Assembly (NCBI RefSeq): GCF_004010195.1
Contig: NC_057728.1
Coordinates: 5,968,175-6,032,174, forward strand
Length of the DNA stretch: 64,000 nt
Reading direction: 5' to 3'
Origin: Chiloscyllium plagiosum
Taxonomy: Eukaryota
The notes below the pieces were generated by a model that did no database searches, was not told the origin of the DNA, and saw only the letters and a program-made list of their open reading frames with translations. Below are positions 15,101 through 27,100 of the stretch, piece after piece. The position numbers and the translations under genes were made by a program. Every line of letters begins with the position of its first letter. Positions within the stretch are counted from its first letter, which is position 1.

Positions 15101-18100
15101 GAAAGTTTGAACTCTCAGATACAATTTATTGAAAAGATAATTAACTAGCTATTTATGAGGTGCCATGAGATTTTGACAAATTCAAAAACCTTGTGCGTTA
15201 CCAGTTTCTTTGCCCCACCTCGTTGCCAGGTAACCGCACAGTAAGGTTTTGACTTGGATGTTGGAAACAGGTTGTTGGCTGTATGTGCCACAAACAGAGA
15301 CAAGTTGGTTCCAAAATCAGCTGAGCCAGGTCGCAGCAATTGGTGGTGGTTAGTGGGCCCAGCGTGGACCCGTGGCATCGGAGAGAGTTTGGGTTCCCCA
15401 CAGCCTCTGCATTGTCGAGGCGGTCCTGGTGCGAGTTTGGGTACTTGGCGGCATCTGCATCCAGCGCAGATTCATGGAGGTGGCAGCAGAGGAGAATTTG
15501 GGCCCTGTAGGAGACCCAGCAGCAGCTGTTTGGTGAAATGGACCTGAAGCAGACTCATGATGGTGGCAATCACGTTTGGGCTGGTGCAGTAGCTGGCAGT
15601 ATTTGTGGTATCTGCATTGGTGAGGTCCACTCAGTGGCGAGGGCATCAGTGGAGGTGAGATGGCACCGAAGAGCGGTGATGCCAGGGGAACCCGTGCCTG
15701 ACCACTAGGCCCATGGCAAAGCACTCAACAAGAAGGACTGCACATTTGTTTGCTTTTTCTCTTTCTTTATTCTTCTCCCTTTACATTCCATGTTTGGTTT
15801 ATTTTTCTGTGTTTGAAGGTGGCACGAGAGAGTGGCGACACTATGCAACACTTTTCACTGTGGTTTGTGACAAAATATGTGTGACAACAAATAAATCAAA
15901 TCAAATCAAATCATGATTGAAATAGCCTAGGGTGGAGGTGATTGACATCTAAAAACGCAGTCAACTTCAAAGCATGGCATTAACGAACAAAGAGTTTCCT
16001 TTTCGATTTTCATTGACCCCAGTTTTTCTCGGGCTCCCTGATTCAATTCTCAGTCAAATGCTATCTTGATGTCAGAGTACATCACCCTCACCTCAGCTCT
16101 CCAGCCCTAAGCTGCTCCACCTCATACTCTTCTGAGCTGCTTGTTCAAGTTTATCAGTTTGAAACTTTAGACCACCTGTCCTAACATCACATTTTATGGC
16201 TTGAAGTCAAATTTTGTCTGATGCATTTTGATGCACTTTTCGTTAAAATGTAAGTTTAAAGTGACGTATAAATAAAGGTGTTGAACAGTTACCACAGCCA
16301 CAGATCAACCACTTGTTTCTTTCCTTTCCATCATTATCCCAGGGAGTTATCCCGGGAACCTTCTGTAAGATCAGTTCTTTCACAAGGCTGCATCCAAACT
16401 GGTACACGTAACAGTCCAATTGCTGTGATCCCGCACAGACCTTTTTTTTTTCTAACCCTCAGATGTGAATGAATGTGAAAGTGGAAGTCACGACTGTCTC
16501 AGCTCGGCCTCCTGTTTCAACAGCCCCGGCTCTTTTCAATGTGTGTGTAAGGCTGGTTACATTGGAGATGGGAGGATTTGTGCAGGTAAATAATATTGAA
16601 GCTACAGCTGTGGAAATCTCTCTCAAGTTGCTCATTTATTGATTGATCACCTTTCGTGTTGAATCCCAGTATCTCCAAATTTGATTCAACTAAAAATTCT
16701 CAAACAACCTAGGGCAGCCCTGGTCTGATTGACTGAACTGCGCACTGCCTGAACCAAATGGGTCATGGGAAAAATCTCATTTTATAATTTTGGAGGAGCA
16801 GCACTGTGGTGCAGTGGTTAGCGCTGCTGACTCACAGCACCAGGGTCCTAGGTTCAGTTCCAGCCTCAGGCGACTGACTGGAGTTTGCACATTCTCCCCG
16901 TGTCTGTGTGGGTTTCCTCCGGGTGCTCCGGTTTCCTCCCACAGTACAAAGATGTGTGGGTCAGGTGAATTGGCCATGCTAAATTGCCCATAGTGTTAGG
17001 TACATTAGTCAGAGGGAAATGGGTCTGGGTGTGTTACTCTTTGAAGGGTCGGTGTGGACTTGTTGGGCTGAAGGGCCTGTTTCCACACTGTAGGGAATCT
17101 AATCTAATCCCTGTGACCTGTGCAGCTATATTGCCCACTTTAGTCATGCTTGAACACAGAGCCACTGGAGCTTCCATACTGAAGATGCTGCCAAAGGGCT
17201 ATCTAGCAGCGTCTTGCAATATTTTGGCCCATTAATGATAAAGGAGCAGCTTTTGGGTGTTTATGGTTTGGAGGTGCTGGGGACCCCATGTAACCTGATG
17301 TCATTCTTCCAGGCAGTGGAGATTGTGTTCGGGAGGTGCTATTGAAAAAGTTCAAGGTGAACTGTTGTTGTAGATATTGGAGGGTGCAGCATTGTAAGAT
17401 TGTGACTGGCATTTCAAGCAGACTGCTTTTCTGAGACAATGTTGAGCCTTTGGAGTGATGTTGCAACTAGACTCAGGAAAGCGAGTGGACAGTGTACCAC
17501 TGTACAACTGACTTACTCTTCATTGTGGAGGAAAGGCTTTGGGAAGTTGGAAGATGAGCCACTCACTGCTGGATATCCAAACATTGACTGGCTCAAGTTA
17601 TCTTCTCCATGGTAAGGGAGTCTAACACTAGAGGATGTGGGTTTCAGGTGAGAGGGGAAAGATGCAAAAGGATTCAGAGGGGCAATTCTTTCACACAGAG
17701 GTTGAGTGTCTGGAGTGGACTGCAAGAGGTAGTGATGGAAGTGAGTACAATTTCATCATTTAAAGAACATTTGGTCAGGTAGGTGCATGGGATAGGTATG
17801 GAGAGATTTAGATAAAATGCAGGCAATTGGGACTAGTTTAATGGGCAAGCTGAGCTGAAGGCCTGTTTGCAGGCTGTGGACCGTTATGACTCTAACCATG
17901 GCATTTATGGGGCTGATCCCGTTGGGTCATGAGGGGAAGTAGCAATGGTGATGTGAGTGAATATGATGGCAAGATCTTTACTCTCCCTCTCTCATCTTAT
18001 CCAGCAGTGATGGAGCATCAACATTTTATCAGCTGTTGCTTGAATATTGCCCAGATCTTTTTGTCTGTCAATATGGACTTCCTCAATATCTGGAGATTTG

Positions 18101-21100
18101 TACTTTTGAAAAATTGTTGATGTTAGCGTGTCTGGGAGAATGTCCAAACGCTATCGCTGTGTTGGTCTGCATTATTCTGTTTCTTCAAAGGGAATGCTTT
18201 GATGACTTCAAAAAAGAAATTCAGCCACCACAGTACTGTAGGAAACTGAGAAGCTCCCACGCTGGAGCAGATTTTGTTGAGAACTCTATTTGTGAACTAT
18301 GCTGGGAAATTATCTCTGACTATTCTAGACTAATAGATAGACAGCTGCCACAGTCATAAGTGAGCATATGTTTGTTTTTGTTTTGTTGGAACTGTCTCCT
18401 TTATTCCTAGTAACGATCCATCCAGTGAATCTTGGGAACTATAATCTTAGTAACTATCTGTGAATCTGTTTCTTTACAAAGCATGAGGCTAAATCTAGGC
18501 AATAGCAGTAAATTATTTAAGATTCACAAAGTTGGGCGTCCTTCAATGAACTCTTTCATCCTAACCCCCAGATGTGAATGAATGTGAAAGTGGAAGCCAC
18601 GACTGTCACAGCTCGGCCTCCTGTTTCAACAGCCCCGGCTCTTTCCAATGTGTGTGTGAGGCTGGTTTCACTGGAAATGGGAGGAGTTGTACAGGTAAGT
18701 GATACTAAAACTTCCCAAAGGAAAATGTTCCTATTTTCATCTTGTGTGTCACTTGACATGAGCCTTAATTGGGATTGTCAGCAGATCTTTATTACAGGTG
18801 CACTGTATCTGACTAACCTGTTTGGGTTCCTCATTGTAGTAACAGAGAGGGTTAATAAAAATAAATCTTGCATAAATGGATTTTCAAGAAAAAAATGATG
18901 AATTACTTTGTAACAGACAGTCAGAAATGGAAACATAATATAGGAGGGCAATCGCAAATTAGCTGTGCAAATGGTTGAGGAGGGAGAGAGGAAGTAGAGA
19001 ACGGTGGGTGAATTGATGTCTTTACTGGGGAAAAGTATGCAATGGGATCCATTAGGGGTCAGTGTTAGAACCATTGCTTCCCAGTTAGTGGGTACAGAGA
19101 TTATCATGTCAATGATTGAGGATAACGCAGAACTTGGCAACAGAGTAGAGTCACGGAGTCCTAGAGATGAGCAGCATGGAAACAGGCTAGGTGGGTTAGC
19201 CATGGGAGATGCAGGCTTACAGGGATAGGGTGGGGATGAGAGTCTGGGTTGGATTCTCTTCAGACTTGATGGACACACTGTAGGGATTCTATGATCCAGG
19301 TCCAGACAGTGATGGGCCTGGGTGGATTTAACCTGCTTTTTGTGGACAGGACATGTCTAATTTTCCACTTTCGCCAGATGCCAATGCTGTAACTGTACAG
19401 GGGCAGTTGGGCTAGAAACATGACTGGTTCTGGAACACAGGTCTTCAGTACTATGGTCAGATTATCAGAGCCCATAGCTTTATGGCGTGGTGGTGTGTGG
19501 TTGTAGGGTCCTGAGAAAGGAGTGATGATGTCAGGTCGCAGCAGGTATCAGGTCAGAGTCTGCCGATGGAGGGGTGGGTATAATGTGAGGAAAGTTGGAT
19601 ATTAGTTGAATAGTTACTCAGCAGTTAGACTAGATTTTTAATAGCTCTAACATTTCTTGACTGCAGTGGAATCCTGCTAATTCTCTGATTTAAATGGAGA
19701 CTATCAGAGGGTTCCAGGTACATGGGAATTGCCCAGCGGAATCTTCAATTTCTCAGACAATTCCCGCATAGCCTGCTACAGTGCAGATTCTGCAGGGTCC
19801 CAGTGCACAACTCTCAGAAACCAACATCCTGCAGAAACAGTTATCTGGCCTTCAGAAAATCCAGGCTATCCTTTTTCAGTGGCAGCTACCCATGTGCTCA
19901 CCACTCACAATGTGTGAAACTGCCCGCAGCATTTTGAGAAAGCTGCATTGCTCCACTTCTGCCCTGTAGTGTTTCACTGCTTTCCATTGCCCCAGTGGCT
20001 GTCATGCTTTCACCTCTCCAGGTCACAGGTCTCCTCTCAATGACTTATTAAAGCTCATCTCAGGGAAACCTTTAACCATCTGCTCTAAACACCTTACATT
20101 GCTCAATGTCAAGTTTCCTTTGAAGTTTTCCCTGACAAAATACCTTGAGATGATTTACTATGTTAATAGAACACTATAAACACAAAATGTTTGAATCGTG
20201 GCCGAGGTCATAAATCAATCACACTTTACTTACTGTCATGAATTTTCCTCCTGCCCTAAGGCCAATCAATCTCGAGGAGTGTTCTGTGAAGAACCATCCA
20301 TTAATCTGTTTCTTTCCAAAGGGCTGAGTTCAAATTGGCTTGTGGAATATCAGAAAGTTTCAGATTCTCAAAGTTGGAGGTCCTCCAATGAACTCTTCCT
20401 TTTCTCTAACCCCCAGATGTGAATGAATGTGAAAGTGGAAGCCACGACTGTCACAGCTCGGCCTCCTGTTTCAACAGCCCCGGCTCTTTCCAATGTGTGT
20501 GTGAGGCTGGTTACACTGGAGATGGGAGGTATTGTACAGGTAACTGGTATTGACACATTTACATTGACGCCACTTTCCTCTCATGCTCCTATTTCTCACA
20601 ATCTTGTGTTTACTGCGAGTATTATTTGGACCTATCTCTAATCTATATTCATGAGTTCGCTGATAGACTTTACTGGGGAATAAATGTTGAAGAAGAAATA
20701 AAGATACAGCAGAGGGGTATAGACAGGTGGGTGAAGGAGCAAGAGCATGGCAAATGGAATACAATGTGATAACTGTAGAGTTATCCACTTTGGTAGGAAG
20801 TAGAAAAATAGATTTTTTTAATGCAGGGCCTGAGTATGCTTTGATTTTAATCACAGCAATATAGGAAGGCAAATGGTATGTTAGCTTTTGCCACACTTGG
20901 AGTACTGTGTGCAGTTTTGATCTCCTTCTCTAAGAAAGAAGAGAACTCAAGAAGTTGATGGTGAAGGCCTTTTCAGAATGAAAATGATGGAGCGAATCCA
21001 GCACTCCAGGTTACAGTATGTCAACAGGACATCCTACCCTGTGTTCTCCAGGAGTTATTGGTTAAGTCTGTTCAGTAACATGAAGATCCACAGTAAAAAC

Positions 21101-24100
21101 TGAGTGATCCTGGTTAGACAACATCCTGACATCAAAGGGCCAGGCAATGACAGACTCCTGTCTAGTTCTCTCTGTCTGCCTGTAACGTGCTGTCTTCAAT
21201 GCATTGTTGCTCTTTGCCTATTGCATAGCATCTAATTATTTCTCTTCTCCCACCCCACGACCTCCTTTCTACTTTTAATTTTATTGTTCTACCTCTCTCT
21301 CTCTCATTTCTTCTCTTTTCCATACACTCGCTCTCTTTATTTTTCTCACTCTTTCCCTCCTGTGCAATGAACTGAAAAGCACACGTGTAATCAATAATCA
21401 GAATGTCAGATCAGATTCCGTGCTGAAAGGAGACATTTGAGACCATGGGGTGATGGGGTGGTACCTTTGGTCTACAGCTAGCAAATTAAGTTTATATGAT
21501 GGGGTCAGCCATTCAGTGGAAGTCACTGGAATGTTAAAAGTGCTGAGCGATCTCATTCTGTTGATTACAAACTTGGCCGTGTTGGGTTGCAAATACTCCC
21601 ATTCTGCTTCAGTTGAATATCATCAAGATTTTTTGAAAGCCAATTTGAACACGAGGGCCCTCTCCCTTTCAGATGTGAATGAATGTTTACAGAACAATGG
21701 CGGCTGCTCCCAGCGTTGTGTGAACACAATGGGCAGTTCCCAGTGTCACTGTTACCCAGGATTCACCTTGGCAGTTCCCAGTGTCACTGTTACCCAGGAT
21801 TCACCTTGGCACCCGGGAGCCAATCAACCTGCACAGGTTTGACCTTTCACATTCCATTTTGTAAACACTCCGACAGCTTGTGTTTGATTAAAGTAAGTAC
21901 AATAAAGCTTGCATTCTACAGTGCTGATCATGTACCTCAACTACTGCTCAGTAGTAGTACCCTTGCAACAAAGTCAGACAGCCATTCAGTGGAAGTCACT
22001 GGAATGTTAAAAGTGCTGAGCGATCTCATTCTGTTGATTACAAACTTGGCCGTGTTGGGTTGCAAATACTCCCATTCTGCTTCAGTTGAATATCATCAAG
22101 ATTTTTTGAAAGCCAATTTGAACACGAGGGCCCTCTCCCTTTCAGATGTGAATGAATGTTTACAGAACAATGGCGGCTGCTCCCAGCGTTGTGTGAACAC
22201 AATGGGCAGTTCCCAGTGTCACTGTTACCCAGGATTCACCTTGGCACCCGGGAGCCAATCAACCTGCACAGGTTTGACCTTTCACATTCCATTTTGTAAA
22301 CACTCCGACAGCATGTGTTTGATACTTTTAAAAAAGGCAATGAGTTGTGATCTACAGTGTGTATCTCAGCGCTAACATCCTCACCTCTGACTCAGCACGT
22401 TATAGGTTTGAGTCTTCCATAGAGTTCTGACACTGCAGTGCAATGCCAACAGAACTGCACAGTCAGAGGAGCAGATTAGCCTAGGGTATGTTCAGGCAAG
22501 GAACCATCTACTCTTTTATATGGAGTTAGAATGTTCCACACTATTCAAGGAATTACCTGGTGTCCTGACCAGTACTGTATGCTTCAACATCATGTCTTGA
22601 ACTTTATCCCGTTGCTGATTGAAGAACCTTCATGTGCAGGAAACTGGCTTCTACACTTACCACGTCTGTAATTGGACACCTCTGACAGTAGTGTAATCTC
22701 TCACTGCTGCACTGAGGTGTGAGCTTGCTTTATGTGTGACTGGAACCCATAACTCTCTAACTTGGAGGTGTGAGTGTAACTTAAAGATTAAAAGTATGGT
22801 ATCTTGTATTCTAGGTAACATTCTTCCTCAATAAACACCAGCAAACTCAGTTTAATTATTTAATTTCATTTGTCTTTGGAACGAGCAGGAATTACTTTTC
22901 CTTCTAGCCTGTTCCTTCAGCCATTTACATTCTGATAGATGTATCCCTCAATTTTGTTCTCCAGTTCCCCAACATTGTTATCAATCTAAAATGTATGTAG
23001 CTCATCTTGAAAGCTCCAATGTGGTCTGTTCACACAGTATCTCAGGGAAGACTGTCCCAGAGTTTCCTATGGATAGTGTGGACAATGTGCTTCTTGATTC
23101 CCCTCCCCACCCCTATCCGCCTTCTGCAAAGACCATTCCCTCCGTGACAACCTGGTCAGGTCCACACCCCCCCACCTTCCCCTGCCACCGCAGGAATTGC
23201 AAAACCTGCGCCCACACCTCCCCCGTCACCTCCATCCAAGACCCCAAAGGAGCCTTCCACATCCATCAAAGTTCCACCTGCACTTCCACAAATGTCATTT
23301 ATTGTATCCGTTGCTCCCGATGCGGTCTCCTTTACATTGGGGAGACTGGCCATCTTCTCGCAGAGTGCTTCAGGGAACATCTCCGGGACACCCGCACCAA
23401 TCAACCCCACTGCCCCATGTCCCAACGTTTCAACTCCCCCTCCCACTCTGCCAAGGACGCGCCGGTCCTGGGCCTCCTCCACCGCCGCTCCCTCACCACC
23501 CAATGCCTGGAGGAAGAACACCTCATCTTCCACCTCAGGACCCTTCAACCCCAGGGCATCAATATGGACTTCACCAGTTTCCTCATTTCCCATCCCCCTC
23601 ATCTTACCCCAGTTCCAAACTTCCAGCTCAGCACCGTCCTCATGACCTGTCCCACCTGTCAATCTTCCTTCCCACCTATCCACTCCACCCTCCTCTCTGA
23701 TCTATCACCTTTGCCCCTTCCTCCATCCTCCTATTACACTTTCAGCTACCCAGCCCTACCACCTCCCATTTATCTCTCCACCCCGAGGCTTCCAGCCTCA
23801 TCCCTAATGAAGGGCTCTTGCCCGAAACGTCAATTTTCCTGCTCCTCGGATGCTGCCTGACCTGCAGCACCACTCTAATTTCCCAGCACCACTCTAATTT
23901 TGACTCCAGCATCTGCAGTCTTCACTTTTGCCTTCTTGATTTTGTTGCTGACCAGCCTGGATCAAGGCGAAAGTGAGAACTGCAGATGCTGGAGATCGGA
24001 GTCGAGAGTGTGATCTAGTGCTGCTCCTTTATATCTACCTTATGTCTACCCTACCACACCCCTTACCCATTTCCAACTGCACATGACACATATCCTGAGT

Positions 24101-27100
24101 AGCACAGGAAGGTGCTGCATGAGTACAGTTTGTTGTTTCTTAAGAAGCTAAGTCTTCAGGAACTATGCAGAAAAACATGGATGTAAGTCAGTGTTCATTA
24201 AGTAAAACCTGGCACATAAGTTAAAATCAGTGACATCCCTGCAAGTTCTGAGAGGTATAAAACGTGCAACAGGTATTCTGCTAGATGAATTGCCATAGTG
24301 TGCACAGATCTGATCTCCATGCTGCAGAAAGGATTTAAAAGTAAAGAAAGAAAAAAATACAGAAACAAAGAAAAAGATGAGAGCAGGATGGACAGAATAT
24401 GGCTACTAGGGAAGACTGAGCATGCAAGTCTCTTAAGGTAAAGAAAATAAAGACAGAGAGATGACCTGAGGCAGATCTTTAATAGTTATGACAAATTCAC
24501 TGTGCTAGATGTCAGCAGGACATTTCCTGTTCCCAGAGAGCCCAGAATTGCATGATATAGTAGTTACCAAACCTGCGAAATCAGGAAGACCATCCCTTTG
24601 CCGAGAATGGCAAAAATATGCAACACTATTCCAGAAGGAATATCTGAAGCAGTGAGTATACATGCAATAAAAGGAAGCTATATAATGAGAGGGAAGAGAT
24701 TGGGAACTTGGTTATTAAGGTTAGATTTAGTAAATAGAACATGTAGAAATTGCAGGTGTGCAGACACCCTGCTAGATCAGATTGGCTGAATGGTCTGTTT
24801 CTTTGTTGCAGCTTCTATGTAAAGCTTTGACTCACGAACGAGGATGAATATTTTGTGTTGCTTGGGATGACTGACCAGTTAAAGCCTTTGTAGAGTCATG
24901 GTTAAATATGGCCAGACAGCCAGGGATTATTCCAGATTCTCACTCATCCACTCCCTCTCTGATTCACTGGTGTTTATTTTTTAATGTTGCTTGCAGATAT
25001 TAATGAGTGTGCAGATCCAGCAATGAATCGGTGTGACCCAAACGCAGAGTGCCTGAACTCGGAAGGCTCCTACAGCTGTGAGTGCAACCCCTATTACAGA
25101 GGGAATGGGACACATTGTGAAGGTAAGCAGCAGGATACAGGTCCCAGCCTCCTCTCTCACTGATGGACTGACCACACAACATGAGGGTTCACTGGGCTAG
25201 AGATCCACCTTTACTGCCTGGCAGGAAAGGGAATCCTGTCGATTCTGTGTGATCATTCACTCCATTAGATCTCCTTTACTGCTGTCCAGTCAGGTGATGC
25301 TGAAAGCTCTGGGGGTACTATTCCAATTGCACTGAAGGCTGTTGGGGATTACTGTGTTGGCTACAGCACTCATTAGGAGTAGTGGATGTTGTGTTAATAA
25401 TGATAATGCATAATTAAATCAGAGAATTATATTTTCTATTCACTTGTGAGATATGGGCATCACTGGCTAGATCAGCATTTATTGCTGGTCCCTAGTTGCC
25501 CTTGAGAAGGTGGGAGTGAGCTCCTTCTTGAATCGCTGTCGTTCATCTGCTGTGGGTTGACTCACAATGCCATTGGATAGGGAGTTCTAGGACTTTGACC
25601 CAGCCACAGTGAAGGAATGGCAATATATTTCCAAGTCAAGATGGTAAGTGGCTTGGAGGGGAAATTACAGGTGGTGGTGTTCCCATGTATCTGCTGCCCG
25701 TGCCCTTCTAGATGAAAGTGGTTGTGGGTTTGGAAAGTGCTGTTGATGTATCTTTGGCGAGTTACTACAGTGCATCTTGTGGATAGGACAAGCTGTTGCT
25801 CCTGAGTGTCGTGGTGGAGGGAGTGGATGCAGTGCCAATTTAGGCTGCTTTTTCCTGGATGGTGTCGAGCTTCTTGGGACTGCGCTCATCTAGGTGAGGA
25901 GGAAGTATTCCATCATATTCCTGAGCCTCAGCTATGCCTGCCTCTTCGTCGGATATGTGGAACAGTCCATCTTCCGCAGCTACACTGGCACCAACCCCCA
26001 CCTTTTCCTCCGCTACATCGATGATTGTATTGGCGCTACCTCGTGCTCCCACGAGGAGGTTGAACAGTTTATCCACTTTACTAACACCTTCCACCCCGAC
26101 CTCAAATTTACCTGGACCGTCTCAGACTCCTCCCTCCCCTTCCTAGACCTCTCCATTTCTATCTCGGGNNNNNNNNNNNNNNNNNNNNNNNNNNNNNNNN
26201 NNNNNNNNNNNNNNNNNNNNNNNNNNNNNNNNNNNNNNNNNNNNNNNNNNNNNNNNNNNNNNNNNNNNNNNNNNNNNNNNNNNNNNNNNNNNNNNNNNNN
26301 NNNNNNNNNNNNNNNNNNNNNNNNNNNNNNNNNNNNNNNNNNNNNNNNNNNNNNNNNNNNNNNNNNNNNNNNNNNNNNNNNNNNNNNNNNNNNNNNNNNN
26401 NNNNNNNNNNNNNNNNNNNNNNNNNNNNNNNNNNNNNNNNNNNNNNNNNNNNNNNNNNNNNNNNNNNNNNNNNNNNNNNNNNNNNNNNNNNNNNNNNNNN
26501 NNNNNNNNNNNNNNNNNNNNNNNNNNNNNNNNNNNNNNNNNNNNNNNNNNNNNNNNNNNNNNNNNNNNNNNNNNNNNNNNNNNNNNNNNNNNNNNNNNNN
26601 NNNNNNNNNNNNNNNNNNNNNNNNNNNNNNNNNNNNNNNNNNNNNNNNNNNGCCTGGCACACCAGCCTCATTCCTGAAGAAGGCCTTATGCCCGAAACAT
26701 CGATTCTCCTGCTCCTCAGATGCTGCCTGGCCTGCTGTGTTTTTCCAGTACCATATTTTTCAACTCTATTCCTGACTTATGCCTTGTTAGATGGTGGACA
26801 GGCTGTGGCGAGTCAGGAGATGAGTTACTTGCTGCAGGATTCCTAGCCTCTGACCTGTTCTTGTCGCCATTGTGCTTACATGGCGAGTCCAGTTCAGGTT
26901 CCAGTCAAGATGTTGATAATGGGGAATTCAGTGATGGTAACTCCATTGAATGTCAAGGCGCAGTGATTCAATTGTCTCTTTATTGGTGATGGTCATTGCC
27001 TAGCATTTGTGTAGCACAAATGTTATTTGTCACTTGTCAGCTTAAGGTGGGATATTATCCAGGTCTTGTTGCATTTGATCTGAGGAGTCGCGAATGGTGC

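Larger units (their letters stand above)
21506..22323 (+). repeat. About 345-bp direct duplication carrying the cbEGF exon I (21506-21888 and 21979-22323)
   Basis: Copies identical by eye except one substitution and the 38-bp internal duplication; 90-bp spacer. Confidence 0.92.

Noticed and set aside
14004-20641. ORF-track peptides [15 protein letters not shown]... and [15 protein letters not shown]...
   Set aside because: These are alternate-frame and antisense readings of the cbEGF exons H1, H3 and H4.
14212-22323. Regularly recurring near-identical units that could be taken for a CRISPR-like or satellite array
   Set aside because: The units are 123-126 nt spliced EGF exons with AG/GT ends separated by kb-scale introns in a eukaryotic genome.
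21450-22375. 130-aa and 230-aa ORFs with repeated sequence
   Set aside because: They are read-through of intron plus exon across the 345-bp duplication; only the EGF part is coding.
22991-23860. 289-aa ORF as a host gene or domesticated nuclease
   Set aside because: It is a 5'-truncated Penelope GIY-YIG fragment running into its pseudo-LTR, with related decayed copies at 38765 and 63800.
25894-26775. 293-aa, 215-aa and 170-aa ORFs
   Set aside because: They are inflated by the N gap; the real part is a Penelope RT fragment.
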